A DNA stretch of 64,000 nt from Deltaproteobacteria bacterium. Lineage in GTDB: Bacteria > Myxococcota > Kuafuiibacteriia > Kuafuiibacteriales > Kuafuiibacteriaceae. The stretch's first letter is position 1. Each line of letters starts with the position of its first letter. The notes below the pieces were generated by a model. The model saw nothing but the letters and a program-made list of their open reading frames with translations. It ran no database searches and was not told the origin of the DNA. The position numbers and the translations under genes are program-made. The DNA lies in NCBI GenBank assembly GCA_040218735.1, contig JAVJQW010000047.1, forward strand, positions 64,001 through 128,000, given 5' to 3'. Positions 45,051-53,465 of the stretch are shown here, one piece after another.

Positions 45051-47333
45051 TCACGGCGACGCTAGGTACGAGCCCATGATCGTCTGGTAGTCGGTACCGC
45101 TCATCGCGTTGCGGTGGATGTAGAAGAACCGTCGCTCGTCGTTCGGATCGACGGAGGTGATCAGCGCGTCCACGGCGTCGATACGAGTCTCAGGGACGTC
45201 CCAGAAGGACGCGCCGACGTGCAGCGCGGTGTCGTTGTACGTCGTCATCGACGTGTTCGCGTAGTCGCGACGGACGATCCACGGCATGTTGTAGTCGCCG
45301 AACTTCTTGCCGAAGACGACCGAGACGACCCCGTCGACGTTGATCATCGGCATCGGCTCCACCTCGAACTGCCCCAGGGCGTGGCTGTTCCCCGTGGACT
45401 GTCCGTAGGCGTAGACACCGCCGTTGCTCAGCGGGATCAAGTTCGCCTTGTAATGCCTCAGGCCCCACGTGCCGCTGTTGATGTCGTAGAAGTGCTGCAC
45501 CGTCACCAGCACGCCGTTGCGGAGCACGGAGCGCTCCGGCTCGAAGTGGTCGTGGTTCGGGTGAGCGCCCAGCGCGATGGGCCGCAACATCGACGGGAAC
45601 TCCTGCAGGACGGCGGGGCGTCGTCCGTAGGGCTGGGTCGGGTGCGGGATCGTGTAGATCGCGTAGCGGTCGATATCGCCGGAGACGAGGACCGTGCGAT
45701 CCCACGTGGTGTCGAGGTGCTGCGCGGGCTCCACGTAGCGGGGCTTCTGCCCGTTCGTGTAGACCGGGAGGTCCTTCTGGTCGTAGCGCACGTACGCCGG
45801 CTGAGCGCGCCCCGCGCGCAGGTCGGCGAGCGAGACGAGGGTGGCGATCGTCCCCTTCTCGTGACCTTGCGTCGAAGGATCGCGGTGGCTGAGCACGAGC
45901 CAGTCCCCGTTGATCGCCGCGTGCGGCCAGTCCTTCACGATGTTGTGCGCGTAGACGTACGTGTCCCAGCCTTCGCGCGGGTCCTCGGTCCTGGAGATCG
46001 CAAACGCGAGGACACGTCGTGTCTCCTTGCCGATGTTGTTCCGGAGCAAGATCGAGGGCGTGCCGCGGTAGTACGAAGTCCACGGCGGGATCGCGTCCGG
46101 CGTCTCCGGGCTGTACTTCTGATCCGGATACTTCGAGAAGTGGCGCGTCCACAGCTGGTTTCGCAGCTGCGCGACGACGACGTGGCGGCGTCCCACGCGA
46201 TCGTAGAGCACCCGGGTGTCGTAGGGACCGCCCATCCCGCGCCCGTAGGTCTGGTTGCCGACGCAGATACCGAAGCCGTTGGGGACGAAGTTCGGGTCCG
46301 TGGAGGTCGGCGTCCACTCGCAGTCGTCGTTCAGACCGTTGCGCATGCCCAGGTAGTTGTTGACGTCGAGCCAGCTCCTCGGCGTCGAAGCGTTGTTGCG
46401 CACGAAGGGATCGAACATCTCCTTGATGTCGAGCACCCCGCCCGGATCGATCGAGCCACCGGACAACGGCGAACCGTCGCGGTCGTAGAAGCGCACGCCA
46501 GCGTTGAGCGCGACGCCGATGTAGCGGTGCCCAGCCGCGACGCTCGCGTCGTTGGTGTCGGGCACGGTCGTCTGCTGCACCACGGGCGGCATCGGAGGTG
46601 TGGTGAGCGTGTCGTTCGGGTTCGGATCGTAGAGGCCCTTCAGGATGTCCTGGTCGACGTAGAACTCATCGGAGAGCCACAGCCCCGGTTGTGGGTACGG
46701 GCCGCGTCCGTACGTACCGTCGCGATACCAAGTGACGAGTACGCCGTTTCGGTCGAAGTCGAGGCCCACGATCTGCGACGCCGGTTTGTCGGGGTAGAAG
46801 TTGTAGAGGTTCGACCCGAGGTTCGTCACCGTACCGTACGAGTATTTGCCGTCCTTCCAGAACGCGAAGACACGGTTGTCACTCTTCCGGATCGCGACGT
46901 CGAGCAGCTGGGACGCATGCCGACCCGGCGGGAGCGTTACGTACGGCAGGTACGAGCTGTAGCGGGTGAGGTCCGTGTTCGATCCGGTGCCGACGCGCAC
47001 GTACCCGTTGTTGTCGACGAAGTACGTCTTCAGGTAGCCGCCGCTGTCCGCCGCGATCCCCCGGGTCTGCGACCAGCCGTACGGGGAGGCGTAGCGATAG
47101 GGAGGCAGGACGTCGGCGAGGTGATAGTTGTGCCCTGCGCTCGCCACGTTGTCCGGCTTGAACGCGTACACCTTCCCGGACGCGCCCGAGATCGCGACGC
47201 CGACGAACCTCGGCTTGATCGTGTTGGTGGGTGGCACCGGAACACCGGGGCCGATCACGACCTGCGCGCCCGCGAGCGAGGGCACCGCGAGCACGGAAGT
47301 GAGCAGAGCGAGGGCGAATGTCTTGGTCTTCAT
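45051..47333 (-). CDS. Large secreted hypothetical protein (Tyr/Gly-rich beta repeats)
   Basis: Signal MKTKTFALALLTSVLAVPSLAGA; repeated W(K/Y)xDGxY motifs; D..V.YD..GRR and DWPH..I..DW propeller-like segments. Confidence 0.75.
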   Translation of the reverse strand: MKTKTFALALLTSVLAVPSLAGAQVVIGPGVPVPPTNTIKPRFVGVAISGASGKVYAFKPDNVASAGHNYHLADVLPPYRYASPYGWSQTRGIAADSGGYLKTYFVDNNGYVRVGTGSNTDLTRYSSYLPYVTLPPGRHASQLLDVAIRKSDNRVFAFWKDGKYSYGTVTNLGSNLYNFYPDKPASQIVGLDFDRNGVLVTWYRDGTYGRGPYPQPGLWLSDEFYVDQDILKGLYDPNPNDTLTTPPMPPVVQQTTVPDTNDASVAAGHRYIGVALNAGVRFYDRDGSPLSGGSIDPGGVLDIKEMFDPFVRNNASTPRSWLDVNNYLGMRNGLNDDCEWTPTSTDPNFVPNGFGICVGNQTYGRGMGGPYDTRVLYDRVGRRHVVVAQLRNQLWTRHFSKYPDQKYSPETPDAIPPWTSYYRGTPSILLRNNIGKETRRVLAFAISRTEDPREGWDTYVYAHNIVKDWPHAAINGDWLVLSHRDPSTQGHEKGTIATLVSLADLRAGRAQPAYVRYDQKDLPVYTNGQKPRYVEPAQHLDTTWDRTVLVSGDIDRYAIYTIPHPTQPYGRRPAVLQEFPSMLRPIALGAHPNHDHFEPERSVLRNGVLVTVQHFYDINSGTWGLRHYKANLIPLSNGGVYAYGQSTGNSHALGQFEVEPMPMINVDGVVSVVFGKKFGDYNMPWIVRRDYANTSMTTYNDTALHVGASFWDVPETRIDAVDALITSVDPNDERRFFYIHRNAMSGTDYQTIMGSYLASP

Positions 47334-47337
47334 GCAA

Positions 47338-47360
47338 TGGGTCTCCGAGGTGGAGACCCA
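47338..47360. promoter_or_regulatory. Perfect 9-bp inverted repeat covering the RBS of the 47333 gene
   Basis: TGGGTCTCC-GAGGT-GGAGACCCA between divergent genes; the minus-strand GGAG lies within one arm. Confidence 0.45.
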
Positions 47361-47401
47361 CGCCGCGCTCGGGTGTGACCGACTTTTTCGCCGTGCGCCC
47401 G

Positions 47402-48712
47402 ATGGCCGGCGGAGCGGCGCGCGTGGCACCGTTTCGTCGCGTGCACCGGGCTCGGTCGCTTCTGTGGCTCGCCGTCCTCTACGGCTGCGGCCCCGACGGG
47501 CCCTCGATCGAATCCGCGCGCTCCAACCTGACACCTTCTGAGCGGCGGGCACGCGCCGCAGTCATCCGCGACGTGGCTGCGGAGGCGGGGCTGACGAACG
47601 GCGCGCTCCTCGGCGGCATCGCCGAAGCCGAGACCGGGCTCGCGCACTGCTGGTCGGAGGCGACGTGGGCCTGCCAGGGTCCGCACTCCGCCTCCTGCGA
47701 CGGCCCGGTCATCGCGGGCGCGGGCGACGGCCCGTGTGCGCTGCGCGAAGGCGGGCTCGGGATGTTCCAGTTCGACGGCGGCACGTTCGAGGAGACCATC
47801 GCGCGCGACGGTGAGGCGATCCTCCTGCTCGAAGGCAACGTGCGGCGCGCGGTCGACTTCGTGATCGACATGGTCGTGCGCTCCACCCACGTCGACATCA
47901 CGACGCGGCAGGCCGCGCTCGCGTGGATCAACACGATCCCCGTCGCGCCGGGGAACGCGGACTACGACGCGTGGATCGACACCGTCACGCACCACTACAA
48001 CGGGTGCCGGCCGACGTCGTCGTGTTGGCCCGAGCGACGCGCGCGCTACGACGGGCTCACGGTGCAGATGGCGACCGAGTTCGGTGACGACTTCTGGGGC
48101 GAGCCCGCGCCGCCGCCGGTGTGTGAAGCGCTGCCCTTCGCGGGCGGAACCGTGGAGGAGGCGAGCGCGTGTTACGCGGACGCCGGCGGCGCGAGCGGGT
48201 GGCGGGTCGTGGACGACGCTGGCCACGAGGGCCTGCGCTGGACGTTCGCGTGGGACGGCGACGCACCGGACAACTACGCGGTGTGGACGCTCCCGGTGTC
48301 CGCGCCGGGTACCTATGTCGTGGAGGTGTACGGCGACGGGAGCATGTACTTCGCGTCGCGGCAGGCGCGCTACACGATTCGGCACGCGGGGACGACGAGC
48401 TCGTTCGTCGTGGACCAGACGACGCTCGACGGTTTTACACCGATCGCCGAGGTCGACTTCGCCGCCGACGGCGACGAACACCTGCGCCTCGACGACAACG
48501 CCGGCGAACCGCTCGACGCGCAGCGAAGGATCGGCTTCGACGCGGTGCGTGTGCGACGCGTCGAGGACGGCGAAGTGCCGACGGAGGACCCGCCCGAAGT
48601 CGACACGTCGACCGTCGCCACTCAGATGGGTGGCTGCACCTCGACGGGGTACCCGTCCCTCGGCGCGCTGGTCGTGGTGCTCGGCGCCGTGGTGCTGCGA
48701 CGGCTTCGTTAG
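47402..48712 (+). CDS. Lipoprotein with lysozyme-like domain, golvesin-like beta-sandwich and MYXO-CTERM-like tail
   Basis: LYGC lipobox; GIAEAETG..GLGMFQFDG..HYNG; W..PGTYVVEV..A.Y.I.H..VDQ..DAVR; GGC + hydrophobic + RRLR; start uncertain (47402 or 47441). Confidence 0.7.
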   Translation: MAGGAARVAPFRRVHRARSLLWLAVLYGCGPDGPSIESARSNLTPSERRARAAVIRDVAAEAGLTNGALLGGIAEAETGLAHCWSEATWACQGPHSASCDGPVIAGAGDGPCALREGGLGMFQFDGGTFEETIARDGEAILLLEGNVRRAVDFVIDMVVRSTHVDITTRQAALAWINTIPVAPGNADYDAWIDTVTHHYNGCRPTSSCWPERRARYDGLTVQMATEFGDDFWGEPAPPPVCEALPFAGGTVEEASACYADAGGASGWRVVDDAGHEGLRWTFAWDGDAPDNYAVWTLPVSAPGTYVVEVYGDGSMYFASRQARYTIRHAGTTSSFVVDQTTLDGFTPIAEVDFAADGDEHLRLDDNAGEPLDAQRRIGFDAVRVRRVEDGEVPTEDPPEVDTSTVATQMGGCTSTGYPSLGALVVVLGAVVLRRLR

Positions 48713-48720
48713 GGTGCGCC

Positions 48721-49182
48721 TCAGTTCTTCGGTCGGGGCGCCCGGCGTCCGCGTCGCGCCGCCGGCTCCAGCCGGCGCCCGACGTTGACCGGGAGGATCG
48801 TGCGCAGCGGGATGCCTTCCACCTTGGCGTCGTGCTGTGGCGCGCGGCGCGTGACCCCCGTGCCCACGAACGACGCGACGAGCGCCGCCTCCGCCTCGGC
48901 GTGTTTCGCGAGCGCGCGCAGCGCCGCCTTGGAGTCGGAGATCGCGCCGAGCAGCTGCTGCGACGCGCGCGGGTAGCCGCCGCGCTCCAAGCCGACGGCG
49001 AGGCGCACGAGCGTCCGTAGCGCGTCGACGCCGCGGTGGTCCTTCACGTACGCGGCGACCTCCACGATCGCGCGCACCTTCGCCATCGCGGGCGGCGGGA
49101 ACACGAGCGTCTCGCCCTCCGTGACCAGCAGCGCCGCCACGCGCTGCGCGATGCGACTCGGGTGTTTCTTCGCTTCACGCAT
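48721..49182 (-). CDS. Hypothetical basic helical protein
   Basis: ATG overlaps the upstream TGA (TGATG); typical codon usage. Confidence 0.6.
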   Translation of the reverse strand: MREAKKHPSRIAQRVAALLVTEGETLVFPPPAMAKVRAIVEVAAYVKDHRGVDALRTLVRLAVGLERGGYPRASQQLLGAISDSKAALRALAKHAEAEAALVASFVGTGVTRRAPQHDAKVEGIPLRTILPVNVGRRLEPAARRGRRAPRPKN

Positions 49183-49898
49183 CAGTCGCCGTCCCCGCCT
49201 TCGCCGCCTTCGCCGCCGTCCGCGCCATCGCCGCCGTCCGCACCGTCCGCTCCGTCGGCCCCTTCCGAGCCCTCGGCCCCCTCGGAGCCCTCCGCTCCCT
49301 CGGAGCCCTCTGCGCCGTCCGCGGCGTCCGCGTCGGAGTCGTCCCCGCCGAACGCGTCGCCCACCGCGTCCGCAACGTCGCCGACCGCGTCCGCCACGCC
49401 CCCGAACGCGTCGCCGACCGCGTCCGCCACGCCACCGAACGCATCACCGACCGCGTCGGCCACGCCGCCGAACGCGTCACCGACCGCATCGCCGAGACCG
49501 TCCGTGAGCCCGCCGACCGCTTCGGAGATCCCGCCGACCACGCCGTCGACCGCTTCGGAGATGTCCCCGACCACGCCCTCGACCGCGTCCGCGAGATCGC
49601 CGAGGCCGATGGAGTCCGCGAGGTCACCGAGGTCGACGCCGAGCTCGCTCATCGCGTAGCCCGCGAGGCCCACCGGGTTGCCGGTCATCGCGAAGCCCGC
49701 GATCGCGCCGAGCAGGCCCTTGTCGATGCCGAGGCTCGACAGGTCCGCGTTCGCGACCAGGCCCCCGACGACCGCGTTGACGTCGCCGCGTGACACCGCC
49801 GCGGCGAAGCCCAGCACCTCTTGGGTCTGGGGAGAGAGCTGGTCGGTGAAGGCGCCGCGCAGCGCCTGTTCGACCGACACGGATCCGATCGTGGTCAT
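49182..49898 (-). CDS. Acidic Gly/Ala/Asp-rich protein with 11-aa repeats and G-x-(E/D) tail
   Basis: RBS AGGAG; repeats ADAVGDAFGGV; C-terminal GAE/GSE/GAD/GGE triplets. Confidence 0.75.
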   Translation of the reverse strand: MTTIGSVSVEQALRGAFTDQLSPQTQEVLGFAAAVSRGDVNAVVGGLVANADLSSLGIDKGLLGAIAGFAMTGNPVGLAGYAMSELGVDLGDLADSIGLGDLADAVEGVVGDISEAVDGVVGGISEAVGGLTDGLGDAVGDAFGGVADAVGDAFGGVADAVGDAFGGVADAVGDVADAVGDAFGGDDSDADAADGAEGSEGAEGSEGAEGSEGADGADGADGGDGADGGEGGEGGDGD

Positions 49899-49988
49899 CG
49901 TCTTCTTACTCCTGTCGCGGGCGGCGTTCGTCCCTTCCTGGACTCGCGCGCCGACGCGGCTGCACGCCCGCCCGACGGGGGAGCCCAA

Positions 49989-50004
49989 CGCAACTTGCGT
50001 TCCA
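49989..50004 (-). promoter_or_regulatory. Putative sigma54 promoter (TGGAACG-CAAG-TTGCG)
   Basis: GG-N10-GC consensus about 90 nt upstream of ATG 49898. Confidence 0.6.
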
Positions 50005-50080
50005 AGCGCCAAGACGGAGGCGGCGCGATCGCGGTGGCGAGCCGCGAAGACAGATCGTCGAGCAGGGCCGACAGGCGTCA

Positions 50081-50418
50081 GCGAAGGCCGGCGTCAGCGA
50101 AGGCCGGCGGCAGCGAAGGCCGGCGGCAGCGAAGGCCGGCGGCGGCGAAGGCCGGCGGCGGCGAAGGCCGGCGGCGGCGAAGGCCGGCGGCGGCGAAGGC
50201 CGGCGGCAGCGAAGGCCGGCGGCAGCGAAGGCCGGCGGCAGCGAAGCCCGGCGGCAGCGAAGCCCCGGGGGCAGCGACGGATGGCGGCAGCGAAGCCCGG
50301 CGGCAGCGAAGCCCGGCGGCAGCGAAGCCCGGCGGCAGCGAAGCCCGGCGGCAGCGAAGCCCGGCGGCAGCGAAGCCCCGGGGGCAGCGACGGATGGCGT
50401 CAGCGACGGATGGCGTAG
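50081..50418. repeat. Tandem array of about 21 units of 16(17) bp, consensus GCGAAG(G/C)CCGGCGGCA
   Basis: Units start at 50081, 50097...50225 (10x GGCC type), 50241, 50257 (17 bp), 50274, 50290-50354 (5x), 50370 (17 bp), 50387, 50403; no spacers. Confidence 0.95.
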
Positions 50419-51920
50419 TCGCCCGGGGCCAGCGTCGATCCCGCCGTCGCCCCCGGCGCCCCCGCGTCGTCCGGCGGAAGCTCCAGCGTCACCGGCGCGT
50501 CGGAGAGGTTGAACGCCAGCGTCAGGCCCCCGCGCGCGAAGCGCAGGACACCGTCCGGTGCGTCCTCGAACGCGAGGTCCCCCTCGCGCAAGTCAGCCTG
50601 CGCGCGACGCCAACCGAGGAACGCCCGCACCGCGTCGAGCAGCGCGCCCCCCTGGTCCACCGCCAGCGCGCGGTGTTCGTCGGGCACCGGGAGCCACGGC
50701 TCACCGGTCGTGAACCCGCCGTGTACGGCGGAGGTCCACGGCATCGGCGTCCGGCAGCCGTCGCGGCCCTTGAATTCTGGCCAGAACGTTCGGCCGTAGG
50801 GATCGACGATGCGCTCGTAAGGCACGTCGGCCTCCGGGAGCCCCAGCTCGTCGCCCTGGTAGAGGCAACACGCGCCCCGCAAGCAGAACGACAGCATCAG
50901 GTACGCGCGCATCCGCGCGTCGTCGGCATCCCAACGCGTGCGCAGCCGCGGCACGTCGTGGTTGCCGAACGACCAACAGATCCAGCCGTCCTCGATCGCG
51001 TCGAGCTGCGCCTGCACACGCTCGCGGATCGAAGCGGCGCCCCCGTCGCGATCCAACAGCTCGAAGGTGTAGACCATGTGCAGCCGCTGGTTCGTCGTGT
51101 AGTCGCGCGCGAGTCGAATCGCATCGCCGCCGCCGATCTCCCCGACGCTCGTCGCGTCGTACCGATCGAACAGCGTCCGCAGCTCGGCGAGGAAGTCGAG
51201 CACCTCCGACCGATTCGATCCGTAGACGTGCTCCTGGAAGTTGTGCGGGTTCACGCTCTTCGGCCGCTTCTTCGCGGGCGGGTTGTTCCTGAGGAGCGTG
51301 TCGTGGAACGCAAAGTTGATCGCGTCCAGCCGAAACCCATCGACGCCGCGGTCCAGCCAGAACTTCACGTCCGCGACCAACGCCGCGCGCACGTCCGGGT
51401 TGTGCAGGTTGAAGTCCGGCTGCTCCGCGAGGAAGTTGTGCAGGTAGTACTGCTCGCGCCGCGACTCCCAGCGCCACGCCGATCCCCCGAACACACTCAG
51501 CCAGTTGTTCGGCGGCGTACCGTCCTCGTTCGCGTCGGCCCAGACGTACCAGTCCGCCTTCGGCCCTTCGCGCGAACGTCGGCTCTCGAGGAACCACGGG
51601 TGCTCGTCCGAGCTGTGGCTCAGCACCTGATCGATCAACACCTTCAGGTCGAGTGCGTGCGCGCGCTCCACGAGCCCGTCGAAGTCCGCGAGGGTCCCGA
51701 AGATCGGATCCACGTCGCGCGGGTTCGACACGTCGTACCCGAAGTCCTTCATCGGCGACGTGAAGAACGGCGAGATCCAGATCGCATCCACGCCGAGCGA
51801 CGCCACGTAGTCGAGCTTCGCGGTGATCCCGTTCAGGTCACCGACGCCATCCCCATTCGAATCGAAGAAGCTGCGCGGATAGATCTGGTAGATGACCGCG
51901 CTTCGGTCCCAGCGCGTCAC
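50400..51920 (-). CDS. GH13 alpha-glucosidase / oligo-1,6-glucosidase family
   Basis: YQIYPRSF.DSNGDGVGDL, DFGYDV, YYLHNF..QPD.N, DGFRLDA, GNHD, YQGDELG, GRDGCRTPMPW. Confidence 0.93.
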   Translation of the reverse strand: MTRWDRSAVIYQIYPRSFFDSNGDGVGDLNGITAKLDYVASLGVDAIWISPFFTSPMKDFGYDVSNPRDVDPIFGTLADFDGLVERAHALDLKVLIDQVLSHSSDEHPWFLESRRSREGPKADWYVWADANEDGTPPNNWLSVFGGSAWRWESRREQYYLHNFLAEQPDFNLHNPDVRAALVADVKFWLDRGVDGFRLDAINFAFHDTLLRNNPPAKKRPKSVNPHNFQEHVYGSNRSEVLDFLAELRTLFDRYDATSVGEIGGGDAIRLARDYTTNQRLHMVYTFELLDRDGGAASIRERVQAQLDAIEDGWICWSFGNHDVPRLRTRWDADDARMRAYLMLSFCLRGACCLYQGDELGLPEADVPYERIVDPYGRTFWPEFKGRDGCRTPMPWTSAVHGGFTTGEPWLPVPDEHRALAVDQGGALLDAVRAFLGWRRAQADLREGDLAFEDAPDGVLRFARGGLTLAFNLSDAPVTLELPPDDAGAPGATAGSTLAPGDYAIRR

Positions 51921-53458
51921 GACGTCAGGATGTCCGCCGTGTTGTTGTGCATGACATCGTGTCCTTCCTCGTCGTCGCGGTGCGGCTTCGTCTCCGCCAC
52001 GTCCGCGAGCCGCACCGTCTGCGCCGCGCGGCAGAACACCCGAAGCTCCGGTTTGTCCTCGACGACGAGGTGCGACAGCTTGCACGTGCAAGGCTGGTTG
52101 ACATCGGTGTGCTCGGGCGCGCCGTCCAACGGCGGCAGCCAGCACCCGGTGTTCACGTAGAGCTTCCCTTGGCCGATCTCACTCGACCGTCGAACGTGGC
52201 TGTGGCCCATCACGACCAACGGCACGTCCATCACCTTCGCGATCTTCCGCGCCGCCTCCTGCTGCTTCGGTCCGGGGAGGAAGTACCGCCGCGGCGCGAG
52301 CTTGCGATTGATCTGCAGTCCGACGAGCGCGACCGTCACGATGCCCGCGAGCTCGAACCACGGGCTCTCGAACACGAGCAGCATCAACATCGCGAGCGTC
52401 AGACAGCCGGCGACCAACAGGATGCGGTCCAGGAACAAGAGCCGCATCAGCTCCGGTAGGTTGCGGTTCACCGGGACGTGCCGCAGCTGATCGATCTCCT
52501 GCAGCTTCTCCTTCGACACCCCGTACTTCTTCGCCTCGAGGCGGAGGTTCTTGTTGTGCTCCTTGCCGTACCGACGCACCCGCCCGAGCGCGAAGTGCCC
52601 GGCGTACAGCAGCATGCGGATGCCCGCGCCGAGCCCCATCTTCGCGGTGTACAGCAGGCCGCTCATGCCCTTGTTCCGCAACCACTCGAAGTAGTCGCGC
52701 GGTCCCCACATATCCGCGTTGTGGGGCGCGAAGTCGGAGAGCATGTTCACGAAGTACCGCATCGCGAACGCAAACAGCGGCGTGTCGATCTTGCGCGGGT
52801 TCTGCGGGCTCACCGGGTAGAGCTGTTTGTCATAGGAGCAGTACGGGTCGTACTGATGCCCGTGCTCGACGTAGATGCGCCCCGGCTCGACGTACATCCA
52901 CGGCGAGAACGCGAGCCGCGACTGGAAGTCGGTGCGTTTGTCGATCGTCTCGTCGATGTCGTACTTCTGCCCGCGGAACGCGAGGTCCGCGAGCCGACGC
53001 CGCAACACCTTCTGCACCTTGCGCCAGTACAGCTCGGTGTCGTGGTTGCCGCGGATGATGACGACCTCGCCGCCCTCGCGGATGAAGTGCGCGAGGCGGA
53101 CGAAGAGCTTGCTGTGGTACTCGAGCGTCTTGTCGAGCTTGACGAGCGCGCGCTCCGCTTCGCTGCCGAGCCCGAACTCGCGCTCCTCTTCGCTGATCTC
53201 GAACGACAGCTTGAGGTTCAGCGGGCCCTTCGCGCCGGGCACCACCACGACCTCGACGAAGTCGATCATGTCGCCCGCGAAGATCAGCTTCCACTCCCGC
53301 TCGCGCGCGGAGGTGTAGTGATCGAGCATGTCGATGAACGCCTGGTCGAACTTGTCGTCCGGGCGTGCGGTGCGATTGAAGCCGGTGATGTCCTTGCAGT
53401 CGCGGCCCAAGTGCATGTCGGAAACGACCAGGAGTCGCCGTTGCCCGACTTCGTCCAT
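51917..53458 (-). CDS. Calcineurin-like metallophosphoesterase with two TM helices
   Basis: VSDMH, GDMID, GNHD, EHGH, GHSH, YVNTGCW. Confidence 0.88.
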   Translation of the reverse strand: MDEVGQRRLLVVSDMHLGRDCKDITGFNRTARPDDKFDQAFIDMLDHYTSAREREWKLIFAGDMIDFVEVVVVPGAKGPLNLKLSFEISEEEREFGLGSEAERALVKLDKTLEYHSKLFVRLAHFIREGGEVVIIRGNHDTELYWRKVQKVLRRRLADLAFRGQKYDIDETIDKRTDFQSRLAFSPWMYVEPGRIYVEHGHQYDPYCSYDKQLYPVSPQNPRKIDTPLFAFAMRYFVNMLSDFAPHNADMWGPRDYFEWLRNKGMSGLLYTAKMGLGAGIRMLLYAGHFALGRVRRYGKEHNKNLRLEAKKYGVSKEKLQEIDQLRHVPVNRNLPELMRLLFLDRILLVAGCLTLAMLMLLVFESPWFELAGIVTVALVGLQINRKLAPRRYFLPGPKQQEAARKIAKVMDVPLVVMGHSHVRRSSEIGQGKLYVNTGCWLPPLDGAPEHTDVNQPCTCKLSHLVVEDKPELRVFCRAAQTVRLADVAETKPHRDDEEGHDVMHNNTADILTS

Positions 53459-53465
53459 ATTCAGC

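Noticed and set aside
49875-49892. TIGSVS at the N-terminus of the acidic repeat protein (TigB-type rSAM motif)
   Set aside because: Single copy, no adjacent rSAM or RRE; likely chance.
50081-50418. Repeat array as CRISPR or as coding AAAK/RRR protein
   Set aside because: No spacers, no cas genes, and the 16-bp period cycles through all frames.
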